From positions 114,407 through 178,406 of the forward strand of contig NW_005434605.1 in NCBI RefSeq assembly GCF_000315625.1: 64,000 nucleotides of DNA. The letters run 5' to 3'. The notes below the pieces were generated by a model that made no database searches, had not been told where the DNA came from, and saw nothing but the letters and a program-made list of their open reading frames with translations. This stretch comes from Guillardia theta CCMP2712. Lineage: Eukaryota; Protista; Cryptophyta. This document shows positions 13,001 through 23,762 of the stretch, piece by piece. Position numbers and translations under genes: made by a program. The stretch's first letter is position 1, and every line of letters starts with the position of its first letter.

Positions 13001-13069
13001 GGCTGCTGGGCGGGTGCCGAACCGCTCATTCAATTCCTGCTTTGACTTGCGGGAGTTCGCCGAGTGCAT
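4007..13069 (-). CDS. Four-domain voltage-gated cation channel alpha subunit (Cav/Nav-like) with N-terminal PDZ and C-terminal TPR; multi-exon, 5' end uncertain (may reach ~13300)
   Basis: Four S4 segments: KSLRTLRALRVLRGIRR, SLRALRLLRLVRVFR, ALRLLRVTKAMRPLR and IRMVRIFKIFKTLRAIK. Four pore loops and S6 segments (e.g. FLMNIFLAVL, VIYNLLIAVL). Exons link through GT-AG introns such as 10793-11012 and the (GGGA)n intron near 7146-7261. Confidence 0.9.
4828..4893 (-). repeat. 33-bp coding tandem duplication (EPMEPRATTKS / EPMEPRETTKS) in the channel C-terminal tail
   Basis: Two adjacent 33-nt units with one mismatch. Confidence 0.9.
7176..7258 (+). repeat. (GGGA)n microsatellite in a channel intron
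   Basis: Directly visible. Confidence 0.95.
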
Positions 13070-13111
13070 GTCGAATCAGGCGGGCTCTCAGGAGGGAGCG
13101 GGGCAAGGGAG

Positions 13112-13260
13112 GGAGAAGAGGAGAGGAGAGGAAGGGGAGGGAGGAGAGGAGAGGAGAGGAAGGGAGGGAGGAGAGGAGAGGAGAGGAAGGGAGGGAAGAG
13201 AGGAGAGGAGAGGAAGGGAGGAAGGTGAGGTGAAGAGAGGAGGAGAAAGGAGGAGGGGAG
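13112..13260 (+). repeat. Purine-rich GAGGA/GGGA tandem repeat, probably intronic or in the 5' region of the channel gene
   Basis: Repeated GAGGAGAGGAGAGGAGAGGAAGGGAGG-type units. Confidence 0.85.
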
Positions 13261-13387
13261 AGATTCACAGTCACATCCTGCTCCACGACAGCTGCGCACA
13301 TCACTATCGCGTTGATAGTTTGATGGCTTTTTGTTTTTTTTTGGTCAAAAGGGTCCCGACCGGTCGGCGTCTGACTGTGACTGATTT

Positions 13388-13409
13388 TTTTAACTTAACT
13401 TTGAGTAAA
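13388..13409 (+). promoter_or_regulatory. Recurring intergenic element TTTTAACTTAACTTTGAGTAAA
   Basis: 22/22 identical to 62934-62955. Upstream of the channel gene. Confidence 0.55.
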
Positions 13410-13619
13410 GAGTCAGTTGCCTTCAGGGCTTCACTGAGTAGTGACACAACAGGCATCTACCATCAACACGACAGATTTGAGCGCAACGTGAACCATTTCA
13501 CCTTGTTACACCTCGTATGAATCAGTAGAGGGGTGCTGAGGAGTGCTCCAGAACTTCTCACTGTGAAATCGTTTGAAGTTCCTTCATACAAGACTTCAAT
13601 CTGATCATGAAAAAACTCC

Positions 13620-16438
13620 TCATAATCGTTCATTGAAAAACGACAGCGCCTCCTTCACTTCCCCCACCCTCAGCGTCAAGGTCCCTCGGTCTGACGCCCA
13701 TCTCCCCCCCAGCCTCTCCTCCCTTCCTCCCTCCTCCTCCTCTACGCATGCCCCTGACAACAAAGTGTCGTAGTGGCAGAAGCGAAACCTTCCAAACTCC
13801 ACCATCGGGTACCGAAAGCGTCGTAACGCGCTTTCAAGCAGATGCCAGCGCAGATACGACACGCTCAGCGCAGCCGGAGCTTCCATCACATCCGACCAAC
13901 CGGCGACGCCCTCTCCTTCTAGTTGCCTCGAGTACACAAGCTTCACGATGCCTTGCTTCAGCCTCCCCCCTGACTCATCGGCCGCAAGCCTTGTCCGCAG
14001 GTACTCGAGGTGCTCTCCTGTGAGCGCTTCCCCGTACAGCAAGTAGCACACCTCCCGCCGCTCTCGCTCGAGGTCATCGAACACCATGATACTCAACTCT
14101 CGATGCAGGCTCATCCGAGCTCGATAGTCCGCTTCCACGTCCTGCGAGAGCAGAGAAAAGTGACAAGAGCGTGACCGATAGCAGTCATTGCTCGGAGAAA
14201 GAATCAGAGCCGTTCCTTCCGCATCCTCGCACATCGAAAACATGAACCGCTCATGGCTCTCCCCCAGAAAACAAACCCCCGGAATGCTGCCATCAAGTAA
14301 GGGTTCGTCGCAAACGAGGTTGATTGCAGAATGCATCTCAGCACTCTTGTGGGACAGCAGACATTGAGGCTGATCCACCATCAGCGAGCAAGGCGGAATG
14401 GAGTGGAAGACGTGATACGAGCTTCTCGGTAACAGGACCACGTCCCCCTCAGCCTGTCGCATGCAAGTTGAGACTGCCGCATCCACGCTCCCATACACAC
14501 TGTCGACGTACGAGTTGTCTGATGTCATGTTCCCTACCACTGACGCCACGTAAAACTTGTACATACTTGAGAATTCAGACCGACGATACCAATCTTCCTC
14601 GCAGACTGGGGCAATCGGAGCGTGCTGCTTCGGATTGTGAGGAAATCGAGTCTGTCGATCGACATCTGAGCCCCAGAAAGCGTCCTGCGTCACAACAAGT
14701 CCGTCAAGACAGTCACGCTAGCATAGCACCCTTCCCCCCTCACCTGAAAGAAACCTGGTCTCCTCAGCAGGTACGCCTCCAGGTGCCCCCGCTCGATCAA
14801 CATCGGCAACATGTTGTCCACAGCAGCAAACACGGGCTTGCACAGGTGCAGGACCTTCCTCGCCCCCTGAGCAGTGAACACTATCGCTCCTGTACATCGA
14901 GGCCGATGTGCCCGGCTGATGTGAGCGAGCCCTGGCTCCGAGCAGTGTGAGCTGCATTTCTCGAAGCAGTACTCCAGGTACAGCAGGTCTGCCGAGGCCG
15001 GGAGCTCCTCCAGCGCTCTTTTGATCCGCAAGTTGAGAGACGGGAGGTAGTCATGCACCATCAGGTCGTCCTCGAACACTCCGATCAGCTCTGCCCCGCT
15101 TGATAGACCTTCTTCCAACACCCGGAGGTTGTCCATCGCCCGAGCGATGTACGGCTTCAGCGCACCATGCATCGTCCATGGCGTGATCGACATGAGCTCC
15201 ACCCCCTCCCGCGTTACCCACCCAGAGCTGATCAACGCTTCTACATCGATCTCCTCTTTGAGGGTGAGTGCCGGAAAGCTCACATTCCTGAAGCCTGCTG
15301 CCTTCAGCAAGCCTTCCATGTGTCGTCGCTTTTGTTCTTTCCCAGGAAGGCTCAACACAAACACCTTCATGTCGAACGCATGCTCCACCTGGTCGAAAGA
15401 GAAGTCTCCTCTCAAGTACCTGTTCGTGTTGATCATCGCATCTTCCGTGTATTGCAGCATGTCCGGAAAGGTCGGGCTTTCACATTCGTAGTCGTCATCT
15501 CGGCAAGTGTCGTCCAGCTCACACTTACACGCCATGTCCTGACAGAACAGCTTCACCTTGGGCGAGAGCGATCCTTCCCAGCCCTCCCCCTCAGGCTCCC
15601 CCCCTTCAATGCACACTTCCCTCATCATCTCCTCCACATGCGACGTCTCGTCTGCGTCCTCGTCTGGCAACGCATACGTACAACTCAAAACGACCCTCAG
15701 CTCGTAGCAGCCAGGCCTTGGCTTGATCTTATGTCGATCGATGATCTCTCCTCTCAACAGCTGCTCTGTCAACTCCCATCCGTTCTCTCTTGTATCTCTC
15801 GCTGCTTCTAACCGCGCATCCCCAAACCAAATCTCAACCGAGTAGAATGCTACCACATGCTCACTGCTCCCGAGCTCAGCGCTGTAACCGACCGTGAGCT
15901 CTACTTCTCCTTGATCTGAGGGCACAAGATGGCTGTCTGGCGCTGGCAGCTTGAGGCTGAGCTTAGCCCCATACACCACTTCCATCTCATGCCACACCAC
16001 CAGCCTCCCGCCCGATACTGAAGCTCTCGCCTCGTGCTCCAGGTATGTACCGAACCACAAGTGCCCTTGCGTGAGATTGATTGCATTCATCTTGCACGCG
16101 TACGCTCCATCGCCTGACCGCTCGCAGTGCCTGCACATGTCGTGAGCATTGCTCGCAGGGCTCCCGGCCCCCTGCACTGCATCCTCCATGCTAGGTTCCC
16201 GGCTTGTCGTGTACAGGCGATACACCCAACCCTCACAATGAGGCTCATCGTCTGAGCTCAGGTGGAGACGAAACGGAACCTCAGCAGAGGTGACCGATCT
16301 CTTCAAGACGAGAAGATGCGAAGGCCAGCGAACATCTATGACTGGAGCTCTGCTGCCATCTGTTGAAAGCGCGGAGGCGAGGACAACAAACGAGCACAGC
16401 GCGATGTTGAAGAAGATGGTTCTGACTACAGCCAGCAT
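13620..16438 (-). CDS. Glycosyltransferase family 25-like protein, copy B (complete, ~919 aa, signal peptide; intron 14685-14743)
   Basis: Hydrophobic N-terminus MLAVVRTIFFNIALCSFVVLASA, with the same GT25 motifs and intron as copy A. Confidence 0.82.
13631..15950 (-). repeat. Right arm of the long inverted repeat (partner 1-2317)
   Basis: Reverse-complement near-identity to 1-2317. Confidence 0.97.
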
Positions 16439-16453
16439 GTTCCATCACAAGGT

Positions 16454-19064
16454 CTAAGTGTACCAGCCACGAGCATGGCTGCTGCATGCTTCTGGTAGCG
16501 GTAGGGAACCGCCACGCAGCCGCTGCGGGGTTTGCAGCCTACTACCATGCAGGATCCTAGCAAGGCATGACATGGCCGATTTACGCCCGCATCCCCGCTC
16601 GTCTCCAGTGAAAGCACGGGGGTGGAACTCCTCTTTTACCGGTATTAGGACGGGTACTTTTTCAATCCTTGAAAACTCTGCAGTGTTCATGTGCATTATT
16701 CCAGATCGAGTTCGAATTGTCACTTGGGACAAGTCAGGTCCATCATATTGGTTCATATTTAGCAAATTGCATTCTCTCTCTACTTCCTGTGCAGTAATGG
16801 CTGGTTCAAAGTCGAATACGCATGAAATGTATGATGCGATCTCTGAGCATATCTGTGATATGCTCAGCTTCTGTGCAACTTGTTTGATAGCCTTCACCTC
16901 CATTATGAATGTGCTTGGATTGTTCACGTAGTAATTCCTGTATATGCAAGAAAACTCGCCGTCAAAGGACCAGACATTGAAAATAATTCCACGCTCGTGA
17001 GCCTCCTTTGTGACGGCTTCCAATATTCGAAGACCTTCAGAGGCACTTAAACTTTTGGTTGAAAAACCAATGTACATGGGGACAGGGGGTGTGCTCGCAC
17101 ATCCATCTTGTGCAACCACACTGATGGCATCTTCAGCCAGTTCAGCAACTGTATGCTTGTAAAATTTCTCATTGTACTGGTACAACTCGTTTTGAAGTTC
17201 TGATTCGTTGACAGGCAGATCGCCATTCGCCATTCCCTCCAGTTTTCCTATCAATCGAGGAATTTCTACATCCATCTGTTCACAGCCTTCAATTACTGTC
17301 TTCAGGTAACGTTGATGTGGTGTGAACCTGACATCCTCTGGAGATTCGCCTCCGGTTCTATGCTTGGCAACAAATGCATTTCGAACCTTCTTGTATGCTT
17401 GCTCTATATGACTCTTCCTCTGATGCACACTCTGTTGATCGGATCTCAACATGCCAACCAGCTGTTCGCTGATATAGTTTTCTGTCTTTCCTGTCAAACA
17501 AAACTTTTCCTTGCGATCTTGAAGCAGGTCAATTCGCTGAGCCAAGTCAGGTTCATGACTTGTTATACCCCCCAGATCTGCTTCACATTCCTCAAACACA
17601 GAACAAAATCCTGCATTTATCATTGTTTTGTCGATCGCACAACAATTCACTCCAGTCTGACAATGCTCAGGATTCATTCGACGGAATTCATCCATCATAA
17701 ATGTGCACACTCTGGACCTATCATTACCATGCAGTTTCATGAGATGCCTATCTCGTTTCTGAAGAGTGGATGTGGATGGCAGAGGTAAGTTGTGTAACAT
17801 CTGGTCCGTATCAAAAGTTCCAGTATTTTTGTTGCCCGGCCCTGTGAGCAAGCGATATAGACCTGAGGTGCCGACATTCCGTATTGATTCAGCGAAACTC
17901 ATGACTGGCTCAGAGTATCGCATGCCTCTAGTGTCCTTTGTTCGAAAGCCTTGTCGTATCCAGTCGCTCACTATGAATGGCATGATGGGGTGTTTGCTCT
18001 TCATGCCATCCCCTTCCTGACTGGCGAACATTACGACATCTGAAACTATGTCGGGAAGCTCAGCAGAACGGAGGTTATCCATCGCCCTTTCAACATGGCA
18101 GATGGTGAGAAAGCACTTGGCAGTAGGACTTTCGTCATTGGATTCTTCAAGAGACTCTTGCTCTTCAAGAATGCTTCGTATGAAATCACGTCTATCCTCC
18201 AATGGCATTGACTTGAAGTTCTCGCACATTGTATGTGCGAGGAGAGCGAATGCTGTTTTGATATTGCTGTTCTGGTCTTGGCTAATATGTTCAGGCCTTA
18301 CATACCTGCATGGTGGCATGTCAGTACTCTGGTGCATTCCAGCTCGCTGGTTACCTTGAGTGATAATCGTGTATTTGCTATTGTAGCTCGTCAACAGTGT
18401 CATAGTGCGAAGTGGCCCAATGTCTGATTTTCTTACACAATGCCTTTTGCTTTTGCCGATGATTCTTTACTTGACTTCGAAGCTTTTGCGCGTCTATGTG
18501 CAGCTGGAATTGATCATGATGCATTTTGGCATCTGCTCCTTGTTGAAACGAGGTGAAGTAATGAAGGAAACAATTTTTGAAGCCCTCTGCATTCTGTCCA
18601 AAGAGGTCACCTAGAAGCGTCAACTTTGCTCGTACATGAGAAGTGTTGATGGTATGCTGGCTCAGCTTGAGATAACTAGCCGCTACTTGTAGCAAGCTAT
18701 CATCCGCGTCGCTTATCTTCAACGTTGCGTGCCCGATGTTTTGCAGAAAATGTAACAATTTCAGCACCAATGCGTCAGTGAACACTGCATAATCCTGTAC
18801 AGTTTTCAAGTCGATGTCTTTGAAAGCCCGTCGACAACGTGAACAAGCTTTGATGCAGTGTTGAGGGATCGTCCGAATACTGTTCGTACTGTATCTCGTC
18901 TTACAAATAGGGCATTCCTCTCTGTCTGCTGTCGTCTTGCTCATGGCAAGGATGCAGTGCAGATTGCCCGCCAAAATTCGGATTTGAATTTCTCCCCATG
19001 GCGCGTCATAGATCTTGCATCGTTGCCTTATACCCCCTGCATGACCACCGCCCTCGATGTGCAT
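16454..19064 (-). mobile_element. Decayed DNA-transposon transposase gene (P-element/THAP9-like DDE), with a premature stop and a 3' truncation
   Basis: More AT-rich than the flanks. N-terminal CxxC...CxxC (CPIC/CSRC). The motifs RGMRYSEPVMSF, LYRLL and LPLPSTSTLQ resemble the P/THAP9 pre-catalytic region. Candidate catalytic aspartates are CAIDKTMI (17630-17632) and WSFDGE (16961-16963). The two ORFs join via a 49-nt intron (18306-18354), leaving an in-frame TAG at 18378-18380. No third acidic residue or TIRs were recognised. Confidence 0.62.
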
Positions 19065-19720
19065 CGCGGTCGATGGGAGGGGTATTTAACTGAAAATTAG
19101 TACCAGGTATGGGCTAGAGGCAGTGGTTGGCCCGCGGATGAGATCGAATATCGTAGTTCCACCCCCGTGAGTGAAAGAAGCTGGTTTTACTGCTGGTTTT
19201 AGATATTCGCCGGACAGGAGCCGGCAATGCGACCCCAAGTTTTGATTCCAAGAATAGCCACAAATTCAAGCTATGATGGTCCTAGGAATGCTCTTAAATA
19301 TCTCGTCCTCTGACTCGTAGTACTCTACCCACGTTACGTCCTGAGCTAGGTCCTAGGAACTTTCATAGCAAGGGGGTGCTAGCATCTGAGGTTGGAGGGG
19401 GGAGGGGGGAGGTTCATCCGAGTCCCCACATTATATAAAAGTTACCGGCTGACTGGCCGGGTAGGGTAGGGGTGTTTGCTTGAAGTAAGTCACGATGCGG
19501 AAACGTAGGGGTAGTTGGAAACTTTTGGCATTTGAGGGGGTGGGGTGTTGTTAAACAGTGACCCCCCGAATCTTTGACCCCACCCCGCGATGTCGAAGTG
19601 CAATGTAGTCTTGAAGTACCCCTACCTGTGACCAAAAATACCCCTAGAATGATACGACGTGATATCAGAGCGAGGACCCCCACCCCTTCTCAGCCGTTGA
19701 CTTCTTCCGCCAGTGGCGCC

Positions 19721-20350
19721 ATGAAGGAAAGCTCAGTTGTACGAGCATGGGAAGGGATGCCGCCGCCGCCCCCCACGCTAGCGAAAAGATGCGCACGAAG
19801 ACTAGAACATTGCAGACAGAAGGAAGCGAACAAGAAGCTTATCCGTGAGCTCATGCTCAAGTACGACGCCGATAAATCTGGGGGGATCGGATATGATGAA
19901 CTCAAGGAGTACCTGGTAGACTTGTCAATGGGTGCTGAACCGACAAGGAGTGACATCAGGTGGGTTATCCAGACGGTAATGGATCAGGATGACAGTAGGA
20001 AGCTTGACGAGGAAGCATTTTCAACTGTTCAGCTCAAACCCTCTCAAATTGCATTGGCCGGACAGACCTGGATGGCCTTTCGGGAAACGGAGGAAGAGAT
20101 CAGTCAAGTTTTCACGAAGTATGATGCTAACAAGGATGGTAAAATATCCAAGGACGAGTTGAAAAATGTTTTGATGGAGTTGAATGAAGGGATCGCCCCT
20201 TTGCCTGCAGAAGTCGACTTCGTGATGGATTCAGCTGACGTGCTAGGTGATCAGTCTTTGGGAAAGGGCGAGTTCATGTATGCTATATCCATTTGGTACA
20301 CCTTGGAAGAGGCAAAAGTGACTCAAAGCGAATGTTGCACAATACTATGA
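19721..20350 (+). CDS. Calmodulin-like EF-hand protein with C-terminal CaaX box; intronless
   Basis: Canonical loops DADKSGGIGYDE and DANKDGKISKDE plus two degenerate loops. Ends ...SECCTIL*. The first ATG in the ORF with a plausible context is at 19721. Confidence 0.88.
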   Translation: MKESSVVRAWEGMPPPPPTLAKRCARRLEHCRQKEANKKLIRELMLKYDADKSGGIGYDELKEYLVDLSMGAEPTRSDIRWVIQTVMDQDDSRKLDEEAFSTVQLKPSQIALAGQTWMAFRETEEEISQVFTKYDANKDGKISKDELKNVLMELNEGIAPLPAEVDFVMDSADVLGDQSLGKGEFMYAISIWYTLEEAKVTQSECCTIL

Positions 20351-20647
20351 GGCATTCCACAAGGACTGCATTAGTGGACTCTATGTTCTGGTGAGATCGT
20401 TTCGAAGTGTGAAACGTGCTTGTAGATAATATGTAAGGATCTGTTGGATTATAAATAATATCTATCTTTAAATTCCAATTTCTCATCTTTCCAATCTTCA
20501 CAATTTCACCTCCTTTCGAACTGCCTGTTGTCCTGCAATGACCGAGATGAGTTGTGATACACTTTATATGTACAAAATTCAACAAAAAATCTGCAAAACA
20601 TGCTGTCTGCCATCAGTTCGCAAGACTGTCCTTCAACATAGTTTGAA

Positions 20648-22107
20648 CTAAGCAGCTGCAGCAAGAGCTATACTCTGAGGAAGCGGATGCATCTGCATGT
20701 CGCCCATCAAAACCCTTGTGAGGAAATCTTCAGCCTCGGCCAACTTTGACACTCCCTTCAAAAACGCTGCAAATTTCTTTTTCTTGCTCAGAATCGCAAC
20801 GATTTTCGGCGGTTTTGCTGGTAAACTGCATTGTTCGTCATGGTTGTCGCGGGAATTATCGCCGTGCTCGATCTCTCCTTCTCCCTGAACACGCTGACCC
20901 GGAGTCTCTGTTTCAGATGGGGCGTTGGTCCATTGCGCAGGATCTTTGGGACCTGACTTCTGTGCGTTGCACCTTGGATCGTCGTGCACAGCAAAATAAT
21001 GAGCAACTTTCGGAAACTGATTTGAGTCGAGCCAATAGAAAGCTACCTGCAGCTTTTTTGTTGTCTTGCCCTTCACAATATTCTCTGCTAGTTGACCGAA
21101 AAGCTTGACATGCGGCCCCCCCTCAACTTGATTCTTATTCCGACGTCCTACCATTTCATCCTTCTGGAACATGAGGACACATACTCCCCGGAATTCGAGG
21201 CAGGCTTGTAGGTGGCTCTCCTGCTGAATCTTGGTGATGAGATTCTTCCCGCTTATTTTTGTCTCCTGCTTCTTCTCGCGCTTTGAAGTTGATCGAATAG
21301 CAATGAGAAGGGCCTTCTCAATGAACTCTGCCTCTGGTTTTCCTTGAAATCGTCTCAAAGCCGATGGTTCTCCCCGCGTGCTGAAGAAGATGGTTGGCAA
21401 CTTCTTGACTTTGTACTTCTTCATGAGTACATGGTTAGCCTGTGCAGCAGGAGAATCGGGACATATGACGTGACCCAGCTTGGCTCCTTTCAGCTCCTCC
21501 ATGTTCTTGAATTTGGCTATCGCACTGACCAATGAGTGTCCATCAGTAGCAAATATTAGTAGAACAGCTTTCTTCTTCTCTACAGCATCTGAAAGGAACG
21601 CCTTGATATTGCCCGATGAAACACTTTCCAAGGGGCTCTTCGGCTGAGGCCTCTGCTGCTGTCCTCCTCCAAAGCCGAACGGATTCCCACCTCCAAATGG
21701 GTTCCCCCCTCCCTGGTGAAAGTGCTGCTGCTGCTGCTGCTGCTGCTGTGCTTCTTGAGGGTTGTCAAACCCTGTCTGATCGTAGTACCTCCGCTTTTCA
21801 GGATCACTGAGTGTTTCATATGCCTTATTGACAACCATGAAGTACTTGGTTGCCTTCTTGCAGGCTGCACTCTCTTGACTTTTCTTGCATGCTGGAGATT
21901 TGTCGGGATGATGCTGGAAAATTCAAAGATGAGAAAGGAAGCCAGTTTCAAAGCACTGAAGTTTACCTTTAGAGCAAGCTTGTGATAAGCTTTCTTGATC
22001 TCCCTTTCGGTTGCATCCTTGCCTACTCCAAGAGTTTTGTAATGATCGGCCAAAGCTATGTAGCATAAGCAACTAAGCAGGACCAGGATTGACCAGACAC
22101 TTGTCAT
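20648..22107 (-). CDS. Secretory-pathway DnaJ (J-domain) protein with thioredoxin-like folds; intron 21914-21966
   Basis: Signal peptide MTSVWSILVLLSCLCYIALA. J-domain DHYKTLGV...AYHKLALK|HHPDK...AYETLSDPEKRRYYD, where splicing restores HPD. G/F-rich linker, then Trx-like segments (KYKVKKLPTIFF; FYWLDSNQFP). Confidence 0.9.
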
Positions 22108-22557
22108 GACTTATTCTCGTCTAAGCTCCAGCGTAATACAACCCTCCGCGCTAGTTTCCCCTTCGAGGGAGATAGGGAGAGATGCGTGCGTCCTGCAACA
22201 GGGTATATTAGGTGAAAGGATCCAAGGGGTGGGAGGAGGAGGATGTGGGCTGAAGGACCTAGTGGAGTGATTCAGAAACAGAAGCCAGCCACTGCAATGC
22301 TTTTAGGCCATAGAAGATCCCAGCTATGTTCCCTGCTCTCTTCCCTGCTGTGTTCCCTGCTCTCTCCCCTGCTCTACTTCCTGCTTCCCACCATTCCAAC
22401 TCGTTCGCTGCCACGACTCTTTCTATGGTTTCCTGTTATTAACCGTTACAAATTACCATTGCTTTTCAAACGATTTTGTAACGTCGGGGGGATATGTTGT
22501 GAAACGTTCCGTTGGGTAACGGAAGATAACGTCTGATTCGTATTGGCGGGGAAAGCG

Positions 22558-23608
22558 ATGGCGGAAGAGCTCAGGAAAGAGATGAGCGACGCGATGGCGC
22601 GAGTGAACATGTGGGCGTCGACGAAGGAGAAGGAGCTCAACAACATAAAGATTGAGCACACGAGCTTCCTCGACACTCAGAATGGTATGTCCCCCTCGTA
22701 GACACGATGTGTTTAGATGTCTCGGAGTGTGTCGAAGGGAGTGGGAGGAGGACGAGCTTTCTTGGAGGTGGGAGAGAGCGATATCCAGTGGAATGCTGAA
22801 CTCTTTGTATTGTCAAAAGATTCTATGAACCTGTTTATCCACATTATGCCGATTTACATTTCATGCTATTTTCAAATATGACAGCATCAAACAACATGCG
22901 CTGATATATCACTGAACATCAGACCTTACACAACGACTGAAGCAAAGAGAGCGCGAAGCCAAGAATAAGATGGAAAAGCTGATGCAAGGTTTGATATACC
23001 TTATGAAAGTTGAATCGATCTAACCAGAATTTTACCAGAGATCAACAAGCATCAGGAAGGGATCCGATCGTTGAAAGTTCAGAACGATTCCTTGAAGGGA
23101 AAGTCTGAGGAGCTTCCATCTGAACTCAAGTCTCTGCAAGAAGAGCTCGAGATGGAGAAGGAGAACTACAAGACCATCCTGAACGGTGATGCTTCTCTTA
23201 CGTAGGCACTTGCTTCCTGACCCGATTGGTTCAGACCTCGACAGCCAGGACAGTTCCATGAGGAGGAAGAAGCATGCGCTTGAGATGGGGCACGAGCTCT
23301 ACGAGACGAGATTGGGCCTCAAGTTCGACAAGACGAATGATGGAAGCCTTGTCTTCAAGATGCGAAACATCGACCCCTCCTTCCCCTCCAGGGAATTCTC
23401 CTTCTCGATCAGAGTCGAAGAGGATGAGAAGTATCACGGTAAGGGTGGGCGCGCGTGAAGGCTGCCGTTGACATCCCTGACAGTCATGCACTGCAACCCT
23501 GAGATCGATGGGCTGGACCAGCTGGTTGCGGTCTTGAACGACACCAACTCCCTCTCGCATTTTGTTCGTTCGGTCCGTCAGAGCTGGAGGCAGCCTTACG
23601 CGAAGTAA
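22558..23608 (+). CDS. SPC25: Kinetochore Ndc80-complex subunit Spc25; multi-exon
   Basis: N-terminal coiled coil followed by YETRLGLKF...LVFKMRNIDPSFPSREFSFSIRV...Y|VMHCNPEIDGLDQLVAVLNDTNSLSHFVRSVRQSW, which is the Spc25 RWD-domain pattern. Confidence 0.88.
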
Positions 23609-23762
23609 GCGGTTGAATGTGAAGAGCATCGTGTAATCTATGGGAGAGAATTCCGTTTTAATGAAAGGAGGATCGACAGAACATTGACATGAACTACTTG
23701 AATAAACCATACAAGGCAAAGTACAGTTCGAAGGTGAGTGTGTAAGGATGTTGTCTGATTTA

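Noticed and set aside
1-15950. Inverted arms as TIRs of a giant transposon (Maverick/Polinton-like)
   Set aside because: The arms are protein-coding GT25 paralogues and the interior holds ordinary intron-rich host genes, with no integrase, polymerase or capsid genes.
18378-18403. Programmed frameshift or stop-codon reassignment joining the two transposase ORFs
   Set aside because: A canonical 49-nt intron explains the frame change. TAG serves as a normal stop in other genes here (e.g. 40670-40672, 48329-48331), so a nonsense mutation is simpler.
19270-19360. GGTCCTAGGAA repeated twice as a possible transposon terminal repeat
   Set aside because: Only a short direct repeat. No matching inverted copy or target-site duplication was found at the other end of the element.
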